From a virus (Duplodnaviria; Caudoviricetes): a stretch of DNA of 64,000 nucleotides. Shown here piece by piece: positions 47,340 to 56,537 of the stretch (positions are counted from its first letter, which is position 1; every line of letters begins with the position of its first letter). A program made the translations under genes and the position numbers. The notes beneath the pieces were generated by a model. The model was not told the origin of the DNA and did not search any database. It saw only the letters and a program-made list of their open reading frames with translations. The stretch is taken from the IMG/VR virus record IMGVR_UViG_3300033463_000012; one strand, given 5' to 3'.

Positions 47340-48026
47340 TTAATGATATTTGTCTTCCTTCAACATTTTTCCACGATAACGACGAGATTCCTTCATGTTC
47401 CTATGCATTTTGGCGAGTTTCTGTTTCTGTTCAGTCGAAAGAAGTTTCCAATAATTGTTTGGATTGGTGTAGCTCTTGACAGTTTTGTACAATTTGTCGA
47501 CAAGGTTTTTGTATTCATTCAAAAGGTAAATAGTTGGAACAGTAACAGCTTCAATAGTCGGAGTATCAAAATACTCTTCACGACAATCTTCATAGCAACA
47601 AACCAAAAAGTTATACAATTTATCTGGACTGCTAATACAATTTGAGTATTCCAAAGAAGTATCACCACCGGTTCTTGACCAATAAATAGTCAGTGGATAG
47701 TGTACATTAGGGTCATATTCTACATACCACCACAGGTCTGATGGACCAATTACTATAAATCCTTCATGAGTTATTCTGCAAATTTTGTATTCTTTCTCTG
47801 GTTTACTCAATTCTTCAATTAAATCATATTCATCCTGAGGATCTTTTTCAAAATTATCAAGACCATTGCACTTTATTGTCTTTTTATGTTCATCATAAAG
47901 TTCTTCCCAAATTTTATGAATTTTCCTACATTTGTCTTCAATGTAATCTGTAATTTCAGAACATTCCCAAGCTGCATCATGCAACTTCCGTTCTTCCTCT
48001 TCAGTGAATTCATATTCATCACGCAT
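47340..48026 (-). CDS. AT-rich late protein ending in the 14-aa linker
   Basis: Reverse CTAAATT at 48053; C-terminal MKESRRYRGKMLKE at 47355-47396. Confidence 0.75.
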   Translation of the reverse strand: MRDEYEFTEEEERKLHDAAWECSEITDYIEDKCRKIHKIWEELYDEHKKTIKCNGLDNFEKDPQDEYDLIEELSKPEKEYKICRITHEGFIVIGPSDLWWYVEYDPNVHYPLTIYWSRTGGDTSLEYSNCISSPDKLYNFLVCCYEDCREEYFDTPTIEAVTVPTIYLLNEYKNLVDKLYKTVKSYTNPNNYWKLLSTEQKQKLAKMHRNMKESRRYRGKMLKEDKYH

Positions 48027-48095
48027 ATTCGAATCCTTTTGGTTGTTTATTCAATTTAGTCCCGTCTCTAAATTGGTCAAGAGAGGTGCAATGTC

Positions 48096-49055
48096 ATGAA
48101 AAGATCTGGTTGGCCATATTTCTACAGCTCCAGCATACGCAGATTGTTGGTTGCCTTTATGACCACTTTCTCTGACATCAAGGTTCGTAGATATGATGAC
48201 TCTGGTCTGAAGACACCAGAGCATTACAAGGAAATCCTGGTTCCTATCAAGTTCGGTCCTATGTCAAAGTATTTCCAGAGACGGACTGAAGACGCATCAG
48301 GGCAAAGGTATTACATTCAGCTCCCTGCAATGGCCGTCACATTCTCGTCGTTCTCCTTTGACAATGCACGTTCCACTGCCTCAAGACAAAGACGATTCCT
48401 TCTTGACCCTGACAAATACACCGTTCCTGCTGAATTCCTGACCGACATGATGCCTTCCCCCTGGGACATCAACTTCACTTTGGCCATAAAGACGGAATCA
48501 TTCCAGGACTTCTGCCAGATAATCGAGCAAATCGTTCCCTGGTTCAACCCGGCAATCCACATCAAGGTCAAGGAATTCGAGACTGTCAACTTGGAAAGGG
48601 ACATTGAAGTGATCTTGAACGGGATGAGCACTGACATCACGGAAGAAGTTGAGGAAGACGGCAAGCGATATGTTTCCGGAACCTTGGACTTTGTCGCCAA
48701 GGCCTGGATGTACAAGCCAATCTCAATGGCCGACAACATGATCAAGGTCATCCATACCCACTACGGTTTTGACCCCGAATTCAATCTCGACGGGGAGAAT
48801 TTCGTGACCAAGGGAATGAAGCTGGAAGAGGCAATGGACAAGAAGGAATATCCCATGAAACCTGCGAGAACACGTGGGGAAGTGGACAAGATGGATGTGG
48901 AAAATGCACCTGAAGACTTGCCGGACATGGGATACATCAATGACAAAACCACCGACGGAAGGCCGAATCACGTGCCTTACAATGTCGAAGTGAAGCCGGA
49001 TGAAGCGGAAATGGAATTCAATGCAGAGGATGCAGAAGGAGAAACGAATGGCTGA
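48096..49055 (+). CDS. Tail sheath stabiliser / tail terminator (gp15-like)
   Basis: YFY.SSIRR..VAF..FSDI.V.R, VPIKFGP..K, LP.M, P.PWDI.F.L, QIIEQI.PWF.P. Confidence 0.9.
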   Translation: MKRSGWPYFYSSSIRRLLVAFMTTFSDIKVRRYDDSGLKTPEHYKEILVPIKFGPMSKYFQRRTEDASGQRYYIQLPAMAVTFSSFSFDNARSTASRQRRFLLDPDKYTVPAEFLTDMMPSPWDINFTLAIKTESFQDFCQIIEQIVPWFNPAIHIKVKEFETVNLERDIEVILNGMSTDITEEVEEDGKRYVSGTLDFVAKAWMYKPISMADNMIKVIHTHYGFDPEFNLDGENFVTKGMKLEEAMDKKEYPMKPARTRGEVDKMDVENAPEDLPDMGYINDKTTDGRPNHVPYNVEVKPDEAEMEFNAEDAEGETNG

Positions 49056-49860
49056 TGTTGAAATCTATGTATGTGCATCCGATAAAAATCTCAAGGACAT
49101 AACCAGATTGAAATTGCCTTCAAACAGAAAAGTCATTACAACAGAAAAATCTGGATTTAAAGACAATATTGACAATTTGAATCCTTGGTATTGTGAAGCA
49201 TCTGCTCTGTATTCTTTGTGGAAAAATTCAACTGCTGACATAATCGGTTTGGAACATTATCGCAGATTCTTTGTATCAAATGGCAAAATATTGAATGAAG
49301 AACAGATAAAGTCAAAGCTGAAAGAAAATGACATTATTGCCTGTGAAATGAAACTCAAATCTCCTACGATAGATGCTGGTTTCAGAAAAGGATTTGTTGG
49401 ATTCCCGTGGACAAAAGAAAAAAGATGTAAAATTCATTGGATGTTGACAGACTTTTTGAATCATCTTTCCGCCACTGAAAAGTATGCAGAGATGTCAAAA
49501 TTCATGCAAAATGAATTGAATCATAGCAGTGCATTCTTCAAGGGAAACATGTTCATTGCCAAAAGGTCTGTAGTTGAACCTTGGTTTGAAATGATGTTCA
49601 CTGAGTTGGAATCCTATCTGAAGTCAAAAAATATAAAATTGGATGAATCGAACCTTAGGTCAATTGGTTGGTTGTTCGAATATCTGTTTTTGCCGTGGTG
49701 TCATTATATGAAATTGAAGATTGCACCATGTAATATCCGTGAATATGATAAATGTCTGAAAAGAATTGATACTGACATTCATGCTATTGTTCATAAAAAG
49801 ATTGTAATAAAGGCAAAGAAAAGAACTACAAGTAAAATTCAAGATGATTGGGAGGACTAG
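49048..49860 (+). CDS. DUF4422-family glycosyltransferase-like protein 1
   Basis: DNI..LNPWYCE.SALY..WKN..ADIIGLEHYRRFF, NMFI, R..G..FE. Confidence 0.85.
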   Translation: MADVEIYVCASDKNLKDITRLKLPSNRKVITTEKSGFKDNIDNLNPWYCEASALYSLWKNSTADIIGLEHYRRFFVSNGKILNEEQIKSKLKENDIIACEMKLKSPTIDAGFRKGFVGFPWTKEKRCKIHWMLTDFLNHLSATEKYAEMSKFMQNELNHSSAFFKGNMFIAKRSVVEPWFEMMFTELESYLKSKNIKLDESNLRSIGWLFEYLFLPWCHYMKLKIAPCNIREYDKCLKRIDTDIHAIVHKKIVIKAKKRTTSKIQDDWED

Positions 49861-50649
49861 ATGAGATTCGGAAGGGAAGTAAAGGAAAATCCTAGGACAT
49901 TTCAAGAAAAGCTGATCTGGCTGCAATTCTATGACAAAATGAATTGGCTGAAGCCTATATGTTCCGACAAAATAAAAGTCAGGGAATATGTGAAGGAAAA
50001 GATAGGATCAGACATCTGCGTTCCTCTTCTCAAGGTTTATGATTCTCCCGATGACATCAAGCTGGAAGAATTGCCCAATCATTTCATTCTGAAGACAAAT
50101 CACGGAAGTGGTCAATTCATCAGATGCAGAGACAAATCAAAGTTCAATCTTCAGGAAGCGAAATCCAAACTAAAAACCTGGTTGTCTCGTCCTTATGGTG
50201 TCTCCACTTGTGAACCTCATTATTTCTACATAGACAGAAAATGCTATGCCGAGGCACTTCTGGAAAACACCAATGGAAACAACGTGGATGACTACAAGCT
50301 ATACTGTTTCAATGGAAAGCCAAAGATGGTTCAGATGGAATGCGACAAGGGAACACCCAATGCTCGTTTCCAATATTATGACATGAATTTGAAGTTCATG
50401 AACATTTGCAGGACTGATCATAAGAGTCGGAAGGACCTTGTCAAAAAGGATATTCTGCCGAAGCACTTGGACATTATGAAGGAATATGCAGAAAAGTTGG
50501 CCGCACCTTTCAAATTCGTTCGGGTTGACTTTTATGAAGTGAACGGAAAGGTGTATTTTGGCGAAATGACATTTGTCCCAGGTGCAGCTAATTTTTCATT
50601 TACGAATCCTAATGTATCATTGGAATTGGGGAAGTGGCTCAATATATGA
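49861..50649 (+). CDS. TupA-like ATP-grasp amidoligase
   Basis: TFQEKL.WL, DK..VREYV, FILKTNHGSG, DYK.YCFNG.P, FVRVDFY, YFGEMTF.P. Confidence 0.9.
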   Translation: MRFGREVKENPRTFQEKLIWLQFYDKMNWLKPICSDKIKVREYVKEKIGSDICVPLLKVYDSPDDIKLEELPNHFILKTNHGSGQFIRCRDKSKFNLQEAKSKLKTWLSRPYGVSTCEPHYFYIDRKCYAEALLENTNGNNVDDYKLYCFNGKPKMVQMECDKGTPNARFQYYDMNLKFMNICRTDHKSRKDLVKKDILPKHLDIMKEYAEKLAAPFKFVRVDFYEVNGKVYFGEMTFVPGAANFSFTNPNVSLELGKWLNI

Positions 50650-51476
50650 AGTATTCAATCCTTACATACAATTTCGGTGGCTATGACAATCCAAGGAAAC
50701 CACAGGAAGTTTCCAAGGAAGCTGAATATGTTTTCGTGACAGATTCCAAGGGTTCAGTTGCTCCTTTTGTCAGGAAATCATTGAACATCAAGGGAACGCC
50801 ATTGGCCAAGTGTCAATATGTGAAGCATCATCCTTTCGAGTTCGTGTCATCTGATTGGGTCATAGTCATGGACTCGAGCATTGAAATTCAGCAGGACTTG
50901 ACCCCTTTGGTCGAATATTGTCAAGAAAAGGGAATTGAAGCAATGTTCATTTCCTCTCCATACGCCACTACATGGAAAACTGAAATCAAACCGAATCCAG
51001 TCTGGCAGAAAAGGAATCCCAATCTCAAGAAGGAAATCGATTGGCTTTGGAAGACATTCCCAGATGACAGATTAAACATAGAAGGGATGTTCTACATATT
51101 GCACAAAACTGATTTGGTGAACAGCATATTCTCATCTATTGTAGCTCACTGTAATGACTTGAAGAAACATGGCAGTGATCCGCGTCCTTGTCAGGTGATC
51201 TATTCCGGGACAGTGGCCAATGAATTTGCAGAAGAAATCAAATCCGGCAAAATCTCCTTTATGTCCTCATATCAGATTCGTGGTGCAGGTACAATGATGT
51301 GCATCTACCAACATGGGTCAAATAGGAAGTTTTCTGTTCTGAAATGTAGAGACGGAGTGAACATCATAGGTCTTGACTACAAACCACTTACTTTTAAGTG
51401 GCTGGATAGAGTTAAACCTTCAAAACCGGAAGTTCAAAAGAAACATATTTCAGGATTTGAGGAGTGGGATGAATGA
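50646..51476 (+). CDS. DUF616/TOD1-like glycosyltransferase
   Basis: YT.NFGGYD, YVFVTD, VK..P, MDSS. Confidence 0.6.
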   Translation: MKYSILTYNFGGYDNPRKPQEVSKEAEYVFVTDSKGSVAPFVRKSLNIKGTPLAKCQYVKHHPFEFVSSDWVIVMDSSIEIQQDLTPLVEYCQEKGIEAMFISSPYATTWKTEIKPNPVWQKRNPNLKKEIDWLWKTFPDDRLNIEGMFYILHKTDLVNSIFSSIVAHCNDLKKHGSDPRPCQVIYSGTVANEFAEEIKSGKISFMSSYQIRGAGTMMCIYQHGSNRKFSVLKCRDGVNIIGLDYKPLTFKWLDRVKPSKPEVQKKHISGFEEWDE

Positions 51477-52216
51477 TCAGAATAATGTCATTAGGCAGTA
51501 ATTGTGCAGACCTTTCATATCTTGGTGATTTTCGGGTTCCTGGTCCTGTTGACAATTGGGTGGCCAATCATGGATTTGAAGATGCATTGCATCTTTTCAC
51601 TGATTTCAAACAACAGATAGAAAGTGGATGGTTGGAAGCAAAACCAAGAATAAAAGCATTTGCTGAAGACAGTGACATAAATTTCAGATATGAGTCTTAT
51701 TCATGCATTCATCTTGACATGAGAAATCCTGATATTGTCAAGAAGGTTTTCAAACGTTATGAAACAATGATTGAATTTGCAGAAAAGGTGAAGGCCGACC
51801 CGGAATGCTATTTTTCGTATACCTTGGGGTGTCATGATATTTGCAAAGAGAAAGGATTGTTCGTATTAAAAAAAGAAACTGTAAATGCAATCAAAGAATT
51901 TGGCAAGACATTTCCATTGAACAAACTCATTCTGGTCGGGACGACAAAGGTCAAAGTGAAGGGTGGATATTTCAATGGTTATATTGAAAAGAAACCAGAA
52001 TTTGCCAATTATGTTTTCATACCGGATATATCAGTGTCTGCAAGAAAGTTGACCAAGAAAGAAAATTCAGAATGCATGCGAAAAAACATGGATCATATAA
52101 ATGATCCGGGTGGAATACCTTTTAAGAAACCTTCAGATTTCATTGAGCATAAAAAGGTAATAGTCAAAAAACCTGTACATAAAAGGACTGTAAAATACGA
52201 TGATTGGGACGACTAA
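51473..52216 (+). CDS. DUF1796-like protein (putative papain-like, glycan-locus associated)
   Basis: IMSLGSNC...R..GP.D.W N-terminal motif. Confidence 0.55.
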   Translation: MIRIMSLGSNCADLSYLGDFRVPGPVDNWVANHGFEDALHLFTDFKQQIESGWLEAKPRIKAFAEDSDINFRYESYSCIHLDMRNPDIVKKVFKRYETMIEFAEKVKADPECYFSYTLGCHDICKEKGLFVLKKETVNAIKEFGKTFPLNKLILVGTTKVKVKGGYFNGYIEKKPEFANYVFIPDISVSARKLTKKENSECMRKNMDHINDPGGIPFKKPSDFIEHKKVIVKKPVHKRTVKYDDWDD

Positions 52217-52997
52217 ACTCGAAATCACTGTCTGCACACCACTTGACAGAATAGACACCATCAAGCAAAAGGGCATGCCTCCTAATCGTGTCCTCTATGT
52301 TCCAGGAATCACTGACTCAAAAGGTGGCATTCCTGACCTCAATCCCTGGTATTGCGAAGCCACTGCCCTCTATTGGATGTGGAAGAAATCGAAGGCAAAG
52401 ATTGTAGGCCTTGAACATTATCGCAGATTCTTCGTGGACAATCAAAACAAATTCCTGACCGAGACTAAAATCCAGGACCTTCTCAAGGTTCATGATGTCA
52501 TAGTCGCGGAACATAGATACCTAGGCAAACCCGAAACCTGGCCGATTGTCGCCCAGTCCATTGTCACTGGTTGGGAAGGCAGAAAATTTCAGGCATACAA
52601 GATGATATATGGCTTCATTCTTCATCTGGCCAGGAATCCGAAGACCTATGACTTCGCCAGATTCGTCCTCAATGACCTATACGATGAGCAGACTCTGTAC
52701 AAATGCAATATGTTCATAGCCAAGAAAAAGCTGTTGAACGAGTGGTGCGAGTTCATGTTCCCTGCACTTGATGAATGGTTCAAGACCGACGGGATGGTCC
52801 TTGATCAAACTAACATGAGATTGGTCGGATATGTATTTGAACATATCTTTGGTTCTTGGCTCAAATGGAAGGAATACAAGATATATGTCAGTCCCTATCT
52901 GGTGTTCGACAAGGAATTGAAGGAAGTCGACCCATTACAGATGGGAGTGGACGGGTTGAAGTATCTGCAGCCGACAAGCAAGGTCAGATACTTGTGA
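52200..52997 (+). CDS. DUF4422-family glycosyltransferase-like protein 2
   Basis: LNPWYCEATALYWMWK...VGLEHYRRFF, CNMFI, RLVGYVFE. Confidence 0.85.
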   Translation: MIGTTKLEITVCTPLDRIDTIKQKGMPPNRVLYVPGITDSKGGIPDLNPWYCEATALYWMWKKSKAKIVGLEHYRRFFVDNQNKFLTETKIQDLLKVHDVIVAEHRYLGKPETWPIVAQSIVTGWEGRKFQAYKMIYGFILHLARNPKTYDFARFVLNDLYDEQTLYKCNMFIAKKKLLNEWCEFMFPALDEWFKTDGMVLDQTNMRLVGYVFEHIFGSWLKWKEYKIYVSPYLVFDKELKEVDPLQMGVDGLKYLQPTSKVRYL

Positions 52998-53028
52998 GCT
53001 AAATTGAATAAACATTAAGGAGTGTATT

Positions 53029-53808
53029 ATGAGAAAGAAATATGAACTAACAGATGAAACAATGGAATGGAAAGGACATACCTTGCATCGGATTCGTGCT
53101 CTCAAGAATTTCAAATACACCGAAGAAGGTAATCTTGGTGGTTGGGTTGAATCAGAAGACAACTTGAGTCAAGAAGGCAATTGTTGGATATATAGCCATG
53201 CCAAGGTATATGACAATGCGGTAGTAATGGACAATGCTGATGTATCTGGTGATGCTCAAGTATATGGTAATGCAGTCATAAAAAAAGAAGCGAAAGTAAG
53301 TTATAATGCCAAGGTATATGGTAATGCCACGATTGAAGGAGATTCCTTAGTATTTGGAAATGCAACCATTTGCGACAATGCCAAATTACTGTGGCATGCT
53401 GAAGTGACAGATCATGCCATTATAGCCGATAATGCCAAGGTATCTGGTAATGCCAAGGTATATGACGATGCTGTAGTAAATGGATATGCCGAGATACACG
53501 ACAGTGCCGAAGTATATGGTAATGCTCATGTATCTGAAAAAGCATGGGTATATGGTGAAGCAAGAGTATATGATGATGCTCATATATACGGAAGTGCTCA
53601 GGTTTATGGAATTTCCAAAGTATATGAAGAAGCACAGGTATATGAAAATGCAAAGGTGTCAGGTGATATTTGGATCAATGGCAAAGCCGATGTTCACGGT
53701 GATGTTATTCTTGGGCCTGCTGTTGGTCAGTTAGATATTTGTGGAACTGCAAATATTGAATCGAATGATGATGTCAATATTCCCAGAGGTAGAAAAACAA
53801 TTCATTAG
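53029..53808 (+). CDS. Hexapeptide-repeat protein, paralog 3
   Basis: KKYELTDETME..LHRIRALK.F..GGWVESEDNLSQ; C-terminus similar to paralog 1. Confidence 0.85.
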   Translation: MRKKYELTDETMEWKGHTLHRIRALKNFKYTEEGNLGGWVESEDNLSQEGNCWIYSHAKVYDNAVVMDNADVSGDAQVYGNAVIKKEAKVSYNAKVYGNATIEGDSLVFGNATICDNAKLLWHAEVTDHAIIADNAKVSGNAKVYDDAVVNGYAEIHDSAEVYGNAHVSEKAWVYGEARVYDDAHIYGSAQVYGISKVYEEAQVYENAKVSGDIWINGKADVHGDVILGPAVGQLDICGTANIESNDDVNIPRGRKTIH

Positions 53809-53829
53809 GATTTTGAAATAGGAGCATAT

Positions 53830-54771
53830 ATGAAGCAACCAATAATGGTCAATGAATTCGATGAAGATTTGTTCGATTCCTTTTATGAAGGCAGTGCATT
53901 GACTTTCCTTGGAATGGTCCCGGAGGAAGCCCAGAATTATCTTGACTATTTCAAGGACTATACCGACGTCGATGACAATGTCCAGTGCTACATCGTCAGC
54001 GGAAGTGCAATGAATGACGGGTATGGCCTGCGGGGATCAAACAGATATCCGGATGACCTTCATATCTTCATTGTCCCCCTGGAAGCGTTCGGTGATGTAG
54101 GCAAGATCGCCATTCCTCGGTTCCAAATCGGTGGCCGTTGGTTTGATGACGTAGTCGACAACAATGCTCGGAAAAACATGGAGGAATCCTGTCATTGTCG
54201 TGGTCATCAACTCAATGAACGATGGAGTTCAGACGAAGATACGGTTTATTCATGTCTTCATTATTGTAATAAATATGAAAAGCCAATATGGTTTGCAGAA
54301 TTGAATGACGATGAGTATTATTTTGACCTGTATTTAAACATAGGCCGTTTGCTTGGAGAAGCCAAACCGCTCATTCCTTCCAATCTGTTGAAAATATGGG
54401 AAGCATTAGCAGATTATGAATTCGAAGACGAAGATGCAGATACCATAGATTTTGCATACAATTATGTTAAGACTGGAGATAATGGACACTATGGCAATGA
54501 CCCCGATGCAGAAGGTTATGCTTATGCAAAGTTGAACATAGATGGAAATATCAATATAGAGGATTACATTATTCCGGTGATTGAAGGCGCTTTGGGCATA
54601 GTGAATGATCCTAGCAATGGCTTTATTGACAAAGATGCTAGTTTAAGTGAAGATGAACTTCTGTCTGCAGAAAATATCTTCATCGATGCACTTGTCAAAA
54701 CATATAATTCAAATGGATATGACAAAGAATTGAACGATTTGGATGGAAAAGAATTCGAGGAAAATTTTTAA
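53830..54771 (+). CDS. Modular late protein (14-aa linker)
   Basis: N-module ...GGRWFDDVVDNN; linker MEESCHCRGHQLNE at 54178-54219; AT-rich C-module. Confidence 0.75.
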   Translation: MKQPIMVNEFDEDLFDSFYEGSALTFLGMVPEEAQNYLDYFKDYTDVDDNVQCYIVSGSAMNDGYGLRGSNRYPDDLHIFIVPLEAFGDVGKIAIPRFQIGGRWFDDVVDNNARKNMEESCHCRGHQLNERWSSDEDTVYSCLHYCNKYEKPIWFAELNDDEYYFDLYLNIGRLLGEAKPLIPSNLLKIWEALADYEFEDEDADTIDFAYNYVKTGDNGHYGNDPDAEGYAYAKLNIDGNINIEDYIIPVIEGALGIVNDPSNGFIDKDASLSEDELLSAENIFIDALVKTYNSNGYDKELNDLDGKEFEENF

Positions 54772-54795
54772 GGTAGTCAAAAGATGATAAATACA

Positions 54796-54828
54796 AACCC
54801 TGCCCCTCAAAAGGCAGGGTTTTCTTTT
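54796..54828 (+). terminator. Intrinsic terminator
   Basis: aaaccctgcc-cctcaaaa-ggcagggttt-tctttt. Confidence 0.75.
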
Positions 54829-54884
54829 GACCCTTCATCCAAATTTTTATTATATTATACTCAGGAAAACCACTCGGAGGTTCC

Positions 54885-55760
54885 ATGACTCTATTTCTTG
54901 ACTGGTCAAACTACATGTATCGGTGCCTGTTCGTCTCCCGAAATCAGGATCCTTTTGACGATGAGTTCAAACTTTGGCGCCATATCATTTTCCGCTGCCT
55001 CATGGATGAAATCAAGTCATTCAATCCCGACGAGGTGGTGATCGCGGGGGACGGCAGAAATCCTTGGAGAAAGGCGATTTATGCAGATTACAAGGCCGGC
55101 CGAAACAAGGGAAGGGAGGAATCCCCAGTTGATTTCGACAAATTCTTTCAGGTTGCAGAAGAGTTCTGGCTTGAATTGAAGGAATCTTTCCCCAACATCA
55201 AGTGGCTCAAAAAGGAAAGAATCGAAGCCGACGACATCGTGGGGGTTCTGGTGAAGAATCTGCATAAAGATTGCATGGCCATTACCACGGACAAGGACTA
55301 CATTCAGCTCCTCAAATACCCGGGCTTCAGACTGTTCAACCCGATCAAACGGGAAGATGTGAAATCCTTGAATCCCAAAATGGATTTGGATGTCAAGTGC
55401 ATCTGCGGAGACGGGTCGGACAACATCTCCGGAATCAAGCGCGGAATCGGTCCTAAACGTGCGGAGAAGTTGCTGACCGAAGGAAAGCTGGACGAATTTC
55501 TGAACAAGGACGAAGAAGCGAAAAATTCCTATGTTCGCAATCGTCAGCTGATCGACATGGACAACATTCCTCAGGACATTCAGCTGGAAATCCTGAACGA
55601 ATACAAGTCCTATCCAGTTCAGCGGTTCGACACGGAAAGGTTCAAGAAGTTCATTATGAAGAACAGCCCAAGCATGATCCTTGAAACATCCTCCCTCGCA
55701 GCCAGTCTTTCCAAGGTCGGCAGTGTTCCGATATCCAATATAGACAGTTTCATCCAGTAG
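54885..55760 (+). CDS. rnh: RNase H / 5'-3' exonuclease (T4 rnh-like)
   Basis: LFLD, WRK.IY.DYK..R, EADD, D.DY.QL, GD.SDNI.G..GIGPK.A, RN..LID. Confidence 0.92.
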   Translation: MTLFLDWSNYMYRCLFVSRNQDPFDDEFKLWRHIIFRCLMDEIKSFNPDEVVIAGDGRNPWRKAIYADYKAGRNKGREESPVDFDKFFQVAEEFWLELKESFPNIKWLKKERIEADDIVGVLVKNLHKDCMAITTDKDYIQLLKYPGFRLFNPIKREDVKSLNPKMDLDVKCICGDGSDNISGIKRGIGPKRAEKLLTEGKLDEFLNKDEEAKNSYVRNRQLIDMDNIPQDIQLEILNEYKSYPVQRFDTERFKKFIMKNSPSMILETSSLAASLSKVGSVPISNIDSFIQ

Positions 55761-55868
55761 GCTCCCTGGCTGTCTAGGAGCCACTCAGGGGCCATTTCTG
55801 ATGAGGTAGCTATAACTTACTAGCTCTCGAACAAATGAATCCTAGACCATCCTGGAAGCTGTAGGAGA
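55761..55868. repeat. ~109-bp palindromic element, copy 5
   Basis: gctccctggctgtctagga...ggccattt...aggtagctataacttactag...aaatg...tcctggaagctgtaggag. Confidence 0.8.
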
Positions 55869-55875
55869 GTTGTAG

Positions 55876-56187
55876 ATGATAGCAGAGCCATTTGAGCAAC
55901 AATTGTTTGTAAAAATCATTTCAAAGAAATTGGAAGAGTTCGGAATATCGCTTGTTAGTTGTCGCTATGAGTATGACTCGATTACTTCTACTCCTGTGAA
56001 GTTTAATAATTTCATATATTTTATAGATTTTAGTGATGAAGATGAATTAAAGGTAGTGCACATCACCTACCCCAATTTTCCAGTTCCTATGCAAATTTCG
56101 TCTTTTAAGGAAAAATCAATGAAAGAAATAATCGAAAAGGTGACTAGATTCTTTGTAGAACATAAAGACGATTCCAGGTTGATCTGA
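55876..56187 (+). CDS. Hypothetical protein
   Basis: Its SD (aggag) is supplied by the end of the palindromic element. Confidence 0.6.
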   Translation: MIAEPFEQQLFVKIISKKLEEFGISLVSCRYEYDSITSTPVKFNNFIYFIDFSDEDELKVVHITYPNFPVPMQISSFKEKSMKEIIEKVTRFFVEHKDDSRLI

Positions 56188-56537
56188 TGAGTTTCCAAAC
56201 TTCACTGCTAATCAACATTCTGCAAAAGAAATTGGCAGAACATGGTTGGGAAATCGACATCAGTTTTGATTCAGTGGTTCCCGGTTGCACATTCTTTTAT
56301 GTCTGGACAAAAGATGATAAAATAATGTTCCGGATTCATGTGGAATTCAATGGAGATATCGGCCACGTGTTCATCAGAAAAATATGGAAGGACGGTGTAT
56401 CTCATAAAATTCCTGACATCTGGTCCAAAGAGGAAAGCGAGCTGATCAACAAGACAATCGAAGCGATGGAAAACGAAAAACATCTCAAGACAAGGGTGAA
56501 GAAGAAGGATGTCTTGAATAGGATAAAGGGGAAATGA
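56187..56537 (+). CDS. Hypothetical protein (weak paralog of the upstream gene)
   Basis: Similar N-terminus 'Q..L..I..KKL.E.G'. Confidence 0.6.
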   Translation: MSFQTSLLINILQKKLAEHGWEIDISFDSVVPGCTFFYVWTKDDKIMFRIHVEFNGDIGHVFIRKIWKDGVSHKIPDIWSKEESELINKTIEAMENEKHLKTRVKKKDVLNRIKGK

